Of a stretch of 56,490 nt of DNA, positions 8,880 through 17,859 are shown piece by piece. A program made the position numbers and the translations under genes. The DNA is taken from NCBI GenBank assembly GCA_004294265.1, contig REAG01000118.1, positions 1 through 56,490 of the forward strand. Direction: 5' to 3'. The notes under the pieces are model-generated. The model saw only the letters and a list, made by a program, of their open reading frames with translations. It made no database searches and was not told the origin of the DNA. How positions within the stretch are numbered: the first letter of the stretch is position 1; each line of letters opens with the position of its first letter. The stretch is from Cytophagales bacterium. GTDB taxonomy: Bacteria > Bacteroidota > Bacteroidia > Cytophagales > UBA9547.

Positions 8880-9037
8880 TAGAAAAGAAAAGATAAGTAT
8901 ATAACCTTTTAGTATTATTATATTAGTAATATTCCATAATATTGGGACGCTTTCCTCCTTTTGGATTCTGCGTCTTTGTAGCAGAAATTGGTTAGTGGTC
9001 GGGTATTTATTTTATAATATTTAAGTGGGCTTTTCCA
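8880..9037. repeat. MITE, GGATTCTGCG core with IS1595-type termini (left one decayed)
   Basis: Left end TAGAAAAGAAAAGATAAGTATATAACC, right end ATATTTAAGTGGGCTTTTCCA. The interior ATTAGTAATATTCCATAA...GGATTCTGCGTCTTTGTAGCAGAAATTGG matches the other copies. Confidence 0.7.
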
Positions 9038-9272
9038 CGTAATTATTTATTAGACTTTATATAAAATAAGAGAAAGAAAAACGGCATATTTGCAAAAGGT
9101 ATGGTTTCTTGCTCCTAAGATATTTCTTTGAAGCCGAAAGTCCAGTTCTATACTTGAATTTAAAAATAAATTAATAACTTTGACTCAAATATAATTCAGT
9201 TTCTTTCTATGATGATGTGAAACTGGACATTCATACATTTGAAATAAAATTAATATAAAAGATTCTTTAAAT

Positions 9273-10178
9273 ATGCAAATTCTAGATAAAGAAACTTCCA
9301 AAAACACGATAAAACATTGGTTTATGCACCTTCAAGACCACATTTGCAGAGATTTGGTACTTGCCGATGGCGGAAATTCAACATTCAAAGAAGATATTTG
9401 GACAAGGACTGAAGGAGGCGGAGGAAGAACACGAACCCTCACAAATGGTAAGATTATTGAAAAAGGAGGCGTTGCTTTTTCGGCAGTTTGGGGCAAAACA
9501 CCCGAAAAAATTCTTTCAGCTTTAAAGTTAGAAAATGCAGATTTTTTCGCAACAGGTGTTTCTATTGTTTTGCATCCTCATAACCCAAATGTGCCAATTA
9601 TTCACATGAATGTACGGTATTTTGAAATGTCGAACGGTATTTGGTGGTTTGGTGGTGGTATTGATTTAACTCCCCATTACGTTGTAGAAAATGATGCCCG
9701 TTTTTTTCATAGTCAGCTCAAAAATGCTTGCGACAAACACGATTCTGACTATTATCCAAAATTTAAAAATTGGGCTGACGATTATTTTTTTATCAAACAT
9801 AGAAATGAAACAAGAGGTATTGGAGGTATTTTTTTTGATCAATTAAATAACCAACCGAAAGAAAATATCTTCGATTTTGTAAAGGAAATTGGAAATACTT
9901 TCATTCCTATTTATACACATTTAATGAAAATAAACCACGAAAAACCGTCTGCCGAAAATGAAAAAAAATGGCAAGCCATTCGCAGAGGGCGATATGTAGA
10001 ATTTAATTTGGTTTATGATAAAGGCACTAAATTTGGGCTCGATACCAACGGGCGAACTGAAAGTATTTTAATGAGTATGCCTCCTATGGCAAACTGGGAT
10101 TATCAATTTCCAATTATTGAAAATAGTTTAGAATTTAAAACACAATCTTACTTAAAAAAAGGAATTGAATGGATTTAA
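9273..10178 (+). CDS. hemF: Oxygen-dependent coproporphyrinogen III oxidase
   Basis: 301 aa with EGGGGRTR, GVSIVLHPHNPNVP, GGGIDLTP and RRGRYVEFNLVYDKGTKFGL. Confidence 0.9.
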   Translation: MQILDKETSKNTIKHWFMHLQDHICRDLVLADGGNSTFKEDIWTRTEGGGGRTRTLTNGKIIEKGGVAFSAVWGKTPEKILSALKLENADFFATGVSIVLHPHNPNVPIIHMNVRYFEMSNGIWWFGGGIDLTPHYVVENDARFFHSQLKNACDKHDSDYYPKFKNWADDYFFIKHRNETRGIGGIFFDQLNNQPKENIFDFVKEIGNTFIPIYTHLMKINHEKPSAENEKKWQAIRRGRYVEFNLVYDKGTKFGLDTNGRTESILMSMPPMANWDYQFPIIENSLEFKTQSYLKKGIEWI

Positions 10179-10738
10179 TCTTACGCTTATGGATTTTTAT
10201 TAATCAATTTGATACTGATGTATTTTTATTCTTAAACAATATAAACACACCCTTTATGGATATTATAATGTTTTGGTTATCGCATAAATGGATTTGGTTG
10301 CCTTTATATTTTGGAATAGCATTTTTGTTGTTTTACAAGTTAAAAAGATTTGACTTAAGGCTAGTAATTGTGATTGCATTAATTATTGCAGCAACGGATT
10401 TAACTTGCTCATTATTTTTAAAACCTACTTTTAAAAGACCTCGCCCATGCCACGAACTTGCTTTACAAAGTAAGATTCATCAAGTTGGAAATTGTGGTGG
10501 CAGCTTCGGATTTGCCTCTTCGCATGCAGGAAATACTTTTGCACTTGCAACATTTGTTTTTTTATGGTTTAGGAAAAATAAATATTTTGGATTTTTATTT
10601 ATTTGGGCTTTTTTAGTAAGTTATAGTCGTATTTATTTGGGCGTTCATTACCCTTTAGATATTTTAGTGGGAGCTTCTATTGGTGTTTTATTTGCACAAT
10701 TAGGATATTTTTTGTGCTCCAATGAACTTAAAATTTAA
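10169..10738 (+). CDS. PAP2-family phosphatase (membrane)
   Basis: 189 aa with the three PAP2 motifs KPTFKRPRP, ASSHA and SRIYLGVHYPLD. Overlaps the hemF end by 10 nt. Confidence 0.85.
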   Translation: MDLILRLWIFINQFDTDVFLFLNNINTPFMDIIMFWLSHKWIWLPLYFGIAFLLFYKLKRFDLRLVIVIALIIAATDLTCSLFLKPTFKRPRPCHELALQSKIHQVGNCGGSFGFASSHAGNTFALATFVFLWFRKNKYFGFLFIWAFLVSYSRIYLGVHYPLDILVGASIGVLFAQLGYFLCSNELKI

Positions 10739-10759
10739 AAATTTATAGATAAGTATTCT

Positions 10760-10918
10760 GGGAACCTCTAAAAACTCCAATATTATTTTTAAATACCCCA
10801 CCCAAACAAATTTCTGCTACGAAATCACAGAATCCAAAAGGTTAAAAACGTCCCAATTTTATGGAATATTACTAATGTATTGATCATTAAGGATAAAATA
10901 TTTATCTGGACTTTTCTT
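10760..10918. repeat. MITE, GGATTCTG core, inverted relative to other copies, chimeric termini
   Basis: One end is GGGAACCTCTAAAAAC (as at 2206-2322). The other is a decayed IS1595-type end (TGGACTTTTCTT, reverse complement AAGAAAAGTCCA). The interior reverse complement is colinear with 8880-9037 and 42559-42879. Confidence 0.65.
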
Positions 10919-11354
10919 TAATTATAAATCTTTGAAAACTTTCCCCTTTGGAGAAATAAGAAAAAGATTTTATGAAAATTTAATTATAAAATTTATTAGT
11001 TTTAATATAAGCTAAATCACTTTTTGTCATCCCCTTTTTGAAAAATAATGAGATAGAAGTTTTAAAATCATTAACATTACTTCATAAAGTACAGAATTAT
11101 GATATGAAACGATTATGAATTTAGAGTCTTTCAAGTTCAAGTCAATATAATCAATAGGTAAAATCAACAAAATTCTTCCTTTGTTTCACTTTAAAAAAGA
11201 GATAGGCATCAATAAAATTATGGAGCGTAATTTAGATATAAAACAAAAACCTTATTTTGTTAAAGTCACATAATTATTTTATGTATAATAAATGAAAAAA
11301 ACCAAACTAAAAAACTTTTTAAGCAACATAATTAGCAATAAACAAAATATTGTT

Positions 11355-11362
11355 TACTTTTG
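11355..11362 (+). promoter_or_regulatory. Bacteroidota -7 promoter box (TACTTTTG) driving the B12 riboswitch leader
   Basis: A TAnnTTTG match lies a few nt upstream of the predicted riboswitch P1 stem. Confidence 0.45.
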
Positions 11363-11364
11363 TA

Positions 11365-11545
11365 AAGTATTTGGTTTGTTCAAATTTCAATTTGAGTCAA
11401 TTAAAAGGGAATTTCGGTAAAGTCCGAAGCTGTACCCGCAACTGTAATTTTCGTTCATAAATTTTCTTCATCAAAGTCACTGATTAAAATCGGGAAGACA
11501 AAGAAAATTGAAAAAAGCCAGGAGACCTGCCAAATATAATCAGAT
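11365..11545 (+). promoter_or_regulatory. Cobalamin (B12) riboswitch
   Basis: Conserved core AAAAGGGAATTTCGGTAAAGTCCGAAGCTGTACCCGCAACTGTAA, GTCACTG...GGGAAG, and B12 box AGCCAGGAGACCTGCC (11516-11531). P1 candidate TATTTGG (11368) pairs with CCAAATA (11530). It sits directly upstream of cobS. Confidence 0.85.
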
Positions 11546-11637
11546 TCAATTATGCTCGGGAAAAAGCAAAATAAAGTCTTAGCAAACATAGCATTTTAAA
11601 TTATGTGTATGTTTTGTGGTATTTAATTTTATTAGAA

Positions 11638-12420
11638 ATGAAAGAACAGGTAAAAATATTTTTAACCGCTGTGATGTTTTATACACGAATTCCATGCCCA
11701 ACTTGGGTGGATCATTCGCCTGATTATATCAACAAATGCACCAAATATTTCCCACTTATAGGATGGATTGTAGGAATAGTTTTCTCTATATCGTTTCTGA
11801 TATTTAACTATTTATTTAATGTCGAGATAGCAATAGTTTTGAGTATTTTAGCAACTATTCTTACTACTGGGGCTTTCCATGAAGACGGTTTTGCCGATGT
11901 TTGTGATGGTTTTGGAGGCGGATGGACAAAAGAAAAAATTCTTGAAATAATGAAAGATAGCCGTGTTGGCACTTATGGTGCTGTTGGCTTACTTATCAAC
12001 CTAATTTTAAAATTTTTTTTAATTTTAAAATTATCACCAATTACTAATTCCTATAATTTAATTTTCATTTTTATATCCGCTCACGCCCTAAGCAGATTAA
12101 TGTCTGTAGGAATAATTTATTTTGGAGAATATGCCCGAGAAGATGCCTCTAGCAAAGTAAAACCCATTGCAGTTGCAATGTCTAAATCTGATTTTATGAT
12201 TGCAATAATTATTGGAATAACACCATTTTTAATTTTAATATATTCTACTCAAATGATGTTTTTAGGAATTCTAATTCCAATGATACTATTTGTAATATAT
12301 TTAAAAAAATATTTTGAAAAATGGATTGGTGGTTACACAGGTGATTGCTTAGGTTGCACCCAACAAGTTACTGAAATTGTGTTTTATTTAATTTTCTTGG
12401 CTATATGGAAATTTATTTAA
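11638..12420 (+). CDS. cobS: Adenosylcobinamide-GDP ribazoletransferase (cobalamin synthase)
   Basis: Start taken at ATG 11638 (MKEQVKIFLTAVMFYTRIP). Polytopic membrane protein with FHEDGFADVCDG and the CobS-like GGYTGD motif. Downstream of the B12 riboswitch. Confidence 0.85.
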   Translation: MKEQVKIFLTAVMFYTRIPCPTWVDHSPDYINKCTKYFPLIGWIVGIVFSISFLIFNYLFNVEIAIVLSILATILTTGAFHEDGFADVCDGFGGGWTKEKILEIMKDSRVGTYGAVGLLINLILKFFLILKLSPITNSYNLIFIFISAHALSRLMSVGIIYFGEYAREDASSKVKPIAVAMSKSDFMIAIIIGITPFLILIYSTQMMFLGILIPMILFVIYLKKYFEKWIGGYTGDCLGCTQQVTEIVFYLIFLAIWKFI

Positions 12421-12971
12421 TCAGACATACAAAACCAAAGATAGAAGAAGGCATTTGTTACGGACAATTGGATATAGATTTGGCAGAAACTCAAAATATA
12501 GAAATTGAAAATATATTGTCAAAATTACCTTTAAATATAGATTTTGTATATTCAAGTCCTTTAAAAAGATGTAAAATATTGGCCGAAAATATTACTTCAA
12601 AAGTTTTGTTTGATGAAAGATTAATGGAATTAAATTTTGGTGATTGGGAAGGAAAAAAATGGGATGATATAGACCAAAACAAACTAAATAATTGGATGAA
12701 TGATTATGTAAATATCAAAGTAGAAAATGGAGAATCTTACTTAGATTTATTTGATAGAGCTCAATCATTTTGGAATGAAAAAATAGTAAATTCTAATGAT
12801 AATTTTAATAAAATTGCGATTGTATCGCATGCTGGTTTTATAAGAGCTATTCTTAGTTTTATACAAAATTCTAAATTGGAAGATTCTTTTCAAATCATAC
12901 TTGATTATGGAAACATAAGTAAAATTACAATTCAAAATAAATCAACTGAAATAAACAATATAAATGAATAA
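12405..12971 (+). CDS. cobC: Alpha-ribazole phosphatase (histidine phosphatase family)
   Basis: 188 aa. RH motif in MEIYLIRHTKP and SHAGFIRA. Overlaps cobS by 16 nt. Confidence 0.75.
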   Translation: MEIYLIRHTKPKIEEGICYGQLDIDLAETQNIEIENILSKLPLNIDFVYSSPLKRCKILAENITSKVLFDERLMELNFGDWEGKKWDDIDQNKLNNWMNDYVNIKVENGESYLDLFDRAQSFWNEKIVNSNDNFNKIAIVSHAGFIRAILSFIQNSKLEDSFQIILDYGNISKITIQNKSTEINNINE

Positions 12972-14883
12972 ATTTTACTTTTATATAGTAATATTTTTTT
13001 ATATAAATTTTAAAATATTTTCACAATCAGATTCTATTAAAAAAATTTCTATTCCCGAAGTCGAAATAAGACAAATCAAAGAAATCTATTTTCAAACAGG
13101 TGTAAAAAAAGTACAATTAGATTCAATGAGTTATAAAAAAACAAATGCTTTATCAGAAGTTTTAATGGAGCAAAATTATGGACAAATTCAATCTTATAGT
13201 CCTGGGCAACTTTCTACGCCAAGTTTTAGAGGAACTTCTGCTAACCATACAGCCGTGATTTGGAACGGGTTTAATATCCAAAGTCAAATGAATGGTCAAA
13301 CGGATTTTTCGTTATTACAAAATATGGCATCCAATCACGTAAAAGTACAAATGGGCGGAAGTGGGGCTTTATGGGGAAGTGGTGCTATTGGTGGCGTTAT
13401 TCTTTTACAAAATATTCCAAGATTTAATAAGGGAACAACCGCAATTCTTCAGTTAAATGCGGGTAGTTTTAATCATTTTAGACAACAAGCTGAAGTTGAA
13501 ATAAGTAAAAAAAATTGGGTAAGTTCAATTAAGATATTTAATCAAAATGCACTAAATGATTTTAAGTATATAAATACATATTTAGCTGATAGAAAGGAAC
13601 TTACGCAAACCAATGCATCTATAAAAATTATGGGTTGTATGGTTAATAATGTATTTAAAATTAATAATCATAATCAAATTCAAGCTAATTTTTGGTTACA
13701 ACAAGCAGATAGACAAATCCCGCCAACAATGCTTTCGTTAAAAAAAAATGAATCACAATTTGATTTTTCTTTAAAGTCAAATTTAAGCTATTCTTACAAC
13801 AAAAACTTTTTTAAATTAAACGCAAGAGTGGGTTATTTTATTGAAAAAATTCAATTTAGAAGACCTTTGTATGATTCTTTAACCAATCAATCCAATACTT
13901 TAATTTCAGAAGTTGAAACTATGTTTAAATTAACCGAAAAACAATCGTTTCAACTCGGTTTTAATCATACTTTTGCACAAGCTGACGGTGATAATTTATT
14001 AAAAAAACAAATTTTAAGATTTTCTATTTTTGCATCTCATAAAATTGCACTTTTGAAAGATAAGTTAATTTTTCAAACTTCTCTAAGAGAACAAATTGAT
14101 AATGCTAATTTTTCGCCATTTACTTTTGGCTTTGGTTTGGAAGCCAAAGTGCATAAAAGTATTATTTTGACTTCTAATTTTAATAGAAATTTTAGAATGC
14201 CAACGCTTAACGATTTATACTGGAACGACCCATCAGGAACTAAAGGAAATATAAATTTAAAACCAGAATTGGGTTGGACGCAAGATGTATCAATTACTTA
14301 TTTATTGAAAAAAAATAATTTTGATTTTTCTATCAATTCAAGTGTTTTTAATTCATATATTGATAATTGGATAAATTGGAGAGAAAATAATTTTGGCAGA
14401 CTAACGCCTCAAAATCTTCAATCCGTTTGGTCGAGAGGTGTAGAATATGGATTTAATGCTTCTTTAAAAATAAATAAAATTGTTCAAAAAATTACCTTTA
14501 ATTCAGATTATACGATTTCAACTATTGAGGGAGCAAAAGATATAAATAGTAATTTATTAAAAAAACAACTCATCTATGTTCCTTATAATAAAACATTTAT
14601 AAATTATTCTATTTATTACAAAAAAACTACTTTAGCATATCAATGGACATACACTGGATTTAGATATTCAACAGAAGATAATGAAGAATTTTTACCTGCA
14701 TTTCATTTATCCAATATTGTATTAAACCAAGAATTAGATTTTAAAAAACTACATTTAAACGCATTTTTAAGATTAAATAATATTTTCAATCAAAACTATC
14801 AAATATTGGCAAGCCGACCCATGTATGGTATAAACTTTAATGTTGGCGTAACTTTCAAATTTCTTCAATCAAATATAAATTAA
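12964..14883 (+). CDS. btuB: TonB-dependent outer-membrane receptor, BtuB-like by context
   Basis: 639 aa. Signal peptide, plug motifs (PSFRGTSANHTAVIWNGF, GSGALWGSGAIGGVI), beta-barrel with a C-terminal aromatic-rich end. Overlaps cobC by 8 nt within the riboswitch operon. Confidence 0.75.
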   Translation: MNKFYFYIVIFFYINFKIFSQSDSIKKISIPEVEIRQIKEIYFQTGVKKVQLDSMSYKKTNALSEVLMEQNYGQIQSYSPGQLSTPSFRGTSANHTAVIWNGFNIQSQMNGQTDFSLLQNMASNHVKVQMGGSGALWGSGAIGGVILLQNIPRFNKGTTAILQLNAGSFNHFRQQAEVEISKKNWVSSIKIFNQNALNDFKYINTYLADRKELTQTNASIKIMGCMVNNVFKINNHNQIQANFWLQQADRQIPPTMLSLKKNESQFDFSLKSNLSYSYNKNFFKLNARVGYFIEKIQFRRPLYDSLTNQSNTLISEVETMFKLTEKQSFQLGFNHTFAQADGDNLLKKQILRFSIFASHKIALLKDKLIFQTSLREQIDNANFSPFTFGFGLEAKVHKSIILTSNFNRNFRMPTLNDLYWNDPSGTKGNINLKPELGWTQDVSITYLLKKNNFDFSINSSVFNSYIDNWINWRENNFGRLTPQNLQSVWSRGVEYGFNASLKINKIVQKITFNSDYTISTIEGAKDINSNLLKKQLIYVPYNKTFINYSIYYKKTTLAYQWTYTGFRYSTEDNEEFLPAFHLSNIVLNQELDFKKLHLNAFLRLNNIFNQNYQILASRPMYGINFNVGVTFKFLQSNIN

Positions 14884-14885
14884 AA

Positions 14886-16484
14886 ATGTTAAAAAAAACA
14901 ATTTCAGTCTTATTGTTGTCAGCAACTTTGGGCTTTGGTCAGGTTTCAAACTTTGAAAATCTTTCAGTAATTGGAGTTAATAAATTTTGGAACACAGATG
15001 ATAAACCTTTAAAAGGTACATTTGAGTTTCTTGATAATAATACTAAATTACCCAACACTTTTAACACAGGATTTGGAGGATATTTCTCTAATTTTGTAAT
15101 TTCTAATAATATTAATACAACTTTAGGTGGTTTTACAAATCAATATTCGTGCATCTCGGGAAATGATTTTAAAGTAACAACGAGTGATGGAATTTTTGCA
15201 GTAGCTTACAATGATTCAAAAATTATTTTTAAATCGCCATCTTCCATAGCTGGATACTATATTAATAATTCCACTTACGCTTATTTGAGCATGAAAAATG
15301 GCGATCAATCACCTGCCAAAAAATTTGGAGGTACTTCTGGCAACGACCCTGATTTCTTTAAAATTAAATTTGAAGGCTATCAAAACGGAAATCTTGTAAC
15401 TAATACAGGCGTAGATTTTTATCTTTCTGATTTTAGAAGTAGTACTAATTCGGAAGATTTCATACTTGACACTTGGAAATTTGTAACGCTTTCAAGCTTA
15501 GGTAGAATTGATAGTATAAAAGTAAGTTTTAGCTCTTCTGATATAGGTCAGTATGGAATAAATACGCCAACTTATTTTTGTATTGATACCGAAAATGATT
15601 TTACAAATTCTATAAGTTTACCAAGTAGTGGGTTTTTAAACCGAACTAATGGTTGGGTTACAAACACTTTTTTAGGTGAAAATATATCAATATCAAATCG
15701 ATATGATATCAATTCATTGTATGGAAATAATTGGGAAAAGGGTTTTGCTTACAGCACAATCAATAACACAACTTTAGCTGGTTATGATAATCAATACGCC
15801 TCTAGTGCAGGCAAAGGCTTTGAAAATTCAGAAGTTTATGTACTTGGCAGACAAAATTCAGTAATAAAATTAAATACTCCAAACTCAATTACAGGTACAT
15901 ATATTACAAATACAACTTATGCTTATTTGAGTATGAAAAATGGAGATCAATTTGCCAAAAAATTTGGTGGTTCTACAGGCAATGATGCTGATTATTTTAA
16001 ACTTACTGCCATAGGTTTTAAAAACGGAGCCACAACTTTAGGCGTTGATTTTTATTTAGCTGATTTCAGAGATTCAGATATTTCAAAAGATTTTATTTTA
16101 AACACTTGGGAATGGATGCCTTTAACTGCACTAGGAATTGTTGATAGTGTTCAATTTGTGTTAAACTCATCGGATTTTAACACAAATGGAATTAATACGC
16201 CTCTATATTTTGCATTAGATAATTTTACTTTATATTCTCCAACTACTTCAATTGAAACAGTTGATTTATTACTTTCTGATTTGCAAATTTATCCTAATCC
16301 ATGTACAGATAAATTGTATATTAAAAGTGATATTGAATTAATAAATATTACTATTTATGATTCTTTTGGAAGTAAAATTTTAAATATAATAAATGAAAAT
16401 GTAATAGATATTTCAAGTTTAAAACCAGGAATTTATATTGTTGATATAAATAATTCTAAAAGAACAAAAATTGTTAAAATATAG
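14886..16484 (+). CDS. Secreted protein with two tandem DUF4465-like repeats and a T9SS C-terminal sorting domain
   Basis: 532 aa with a signal peptide. Internal duplication (GYYINNSTYAYLSMKNGDQSPAKKFGG...GVDFYLSDFR...GINTPTYFCID versus GTYITNTTYAYLSMKNGDQFAKKFGG...GVDFYLADFR...GINTPLYFALD). The C-terminus LQIYPNPCTDKLYI...GIYIVDI is a Por secretion tail. Confidence 0.7.
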   Translation: MLKKTISVLLLSATLGFGQVSNFENLSVIGVNKFWNTDDKPLKGTFEFLDNNTKLPNTFNTGFGGYFSNFVISNNINTTLGGFTNQYSCISGNDFKVTTSDGIFAVAYNDSKIIFKSPSSIAGYYINNSTYAYLSMKNGDQSPAKKFGGTSGNDPDFFKIKFEGYQNGNLVTNTGVDFYLSDFRSSTNSEDFILDTWKFVTLSSLGRIDSIKVSFSSSDIGQYGINTPTYFCIDTENDFTNSISLPSSGFLNRTNGWVTNTFLGENISISNRYDINSLYGNNWEKGFAYSTINNTTLAGYDNQYASSAGKGFENSEVYVLGRQNSVIKLNTPNSITGTYITNTTYAYLSMKNGDQFAKKFGGSTGNDADYFKLTAIGFKNGATTLGVDFYLADFRDSDISKDFILNTWEWMPLTALGIVDSVQFVLNSSDFNTNGINTPLYFALDNFTLYSPTTSIETVDLLLSDLQIYPNPCTDKLYIKSDIELINITIYDSFGSKILNIINENVIDISSLKPGIYIVDINNSKRTKIVKI

Positions 16485-16544
16485 TCTAACAGTCTAATTA
16501 TGAACGAATTAGAATCCATATTTTAATTTCCTAAATTTATATTT

Positions 16545-16591
16545 TTTTTATATATGTTCAAAATAAAAAAAATTTTGAACATATATAAAAA
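16545..16591. terminator. Perfect 20-bp inverted repeat (hairpin or operator) between the DUF4465 gene and the desaturase gene
   Basis: TTTTTATATATGTTCAAAAT aaaaaaa ATTTTGAACATATATAAAAA. It could terminate the B12 operon and/or act as an operator for the desaturase promoter. Confidence 0.4.
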
Positions 16592-16625
16592 CATTACATT
16601 ACATTTATATAAATTTAGAAATATT

Positions 16626-17669
16626 ATGGCATTTATAGATAATGTATTGCAAGAACCCTCTTATGGCTGGAAAGACGAAAATGGAAATGTAGTAATACCA
16701 TCAAACAAGGAATTATTTAAAGAGCTTTTTAGAAGAATAAATATTTTTGAGAGCAAAAAAAATTGGGTTTCAATGATTGGCTGGTTTTGGGTTTTATGTA
16801 TGAGTCCTTTTTTAGTCTTATTTGTTGCTAAATATTTTAGTTTAAAGCTATTTGCATGCTTTTTTGTGTATGCTATGATAATTATGAGTACACACGCCAC
16901 AGTTTGGTACCATAGATATTGCACACACAGGGCATTTACATTTAGTAACTCTTTTTGGAAATTTATTACTCAAAACTTAGTTATAAAAGTAATTCCTGAA
17001 GAAATGTATGTGGTTTCTCATCATGTGCATCATTCAAAATCTGATATGCCTGGCGACCCCTATAATTCAACAGCAGGATTGTGGTATTGCATGTTAGCTG
17101 ACACCAATCATCAAGGAATAAACAAAGAATTAAATGAAGTTGAATATCAAAAAGCATCAAACTTTTTGGCTCATACTGGAGTTCCATTAAATAATTATGA
17201 AACATATCAAAAGTGGGGTTCTATTGCTCATCCTGTGCATACATTAGCTTTGTGGGTATTTAATTGGTCGTTTTGGTACACAGCATTTTATTTAATTGGT
17301 GGTCATGCTTTAGCTTGCACCATGTTTTCGGCAGCTATGGTTTGGGTAGTTGGCGTTCGTGCTTTTAATTATACTGGACACGGAAAAGGTAAATTAGAAC
17401 ATAAAGATGGCATTGATTTTGACAGAAGTAACCTTTCAATCAACCAAATGCGTCCTGGATTATTTGCCGGTGAATGGCATAATAATCATCACTTATATCC
17501 TGCAAGTGCTCGTTCAGGTTTCTTACCTCATCAAATTGACTTAGCTTGGTGCTATATTTACAGTTTGTATAAAATTGGTGGTGTAAAAAAATACAATGAT
17601 TCCAAAAAACATTTTTTTACAAACTATATAAACGTAAAAAAAGAAGAAGAATTAGAGGTTGCGGTTTAA
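16626..17669 (+). CDS. Acyl-lipid/acyl-CoA fatty acid desaturase (membrane, di-iron)
   Basis: Start taken at ATG 16626 (MAFIDNV). Three histidine boxes: HRYCTH, HHVHH and HNNHH. Confidence 0.85.
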   Translation: MAFIDNVLQEPSYGWKDENGNVVIPSNKELFKELFRRINIFESKKNWVSMIGWFWVLCMSPFLVLFVAKYFSLKLFACFFVYAMIIMSTHATVWYHRYCTHRAFTFSNSFWKFITQNLVIKVIPEEMYVVSHHVHHSKSDMPGDPYNSTAGLWYCMLADTNHQGINKELNEVEYQKASNFLAHTGVPLNNYETYQKWGSIAHPVHTLALWVFNWSFWYTAFYLIGGHALACTMFSAAMVWVVGVRAFNYTGHGKGKLEHKDGIDFDRSNLSINQMRPGLFAGEWHNNHHLYPASARSGFLPHQIDLAWCYIYSLYKIGGVKKYNDSKKHFFTNYINVKKEEELEVAV

Positions 17670-17677
17670 TGAAATTA

Positions 17678-17721
17678 AAGGGTTTAAAATTACAAATATT
17701 TGTAATTTTAAACCCTTTTTA
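17678..17721 (+). terminator. Rho-independent terminator after desaturase gene
   Basis: AAAGGGTTTAAAATTACA aatatt TGTAATTTTAAACCCTTT TT; an 18-bp stem. Confidence 0.75.
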
Positions 17722-17859
17722 ATTGATACCTTTATAAAATTACTACACATTTTTTTATTTTTTTCAGATTAGATTTGTTTTTAAGATATTACCCTATTAT
17801 TTTTAGATTTATTTATTCTAACAATTTTTAAAGCTATACAACAACCGACTAAACAAAAA

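Noticed and set aside
9138-9229. 8-bp inverted repeat GTCCAGTT...AACTGGAC upstream of hemF as a possible riboswitch or attenuator
   Set aside because: It is a single short stem with a ~70-nt loop, no conserved motif that I recognise and no supporting secondary stems, so it is within chance expectation.
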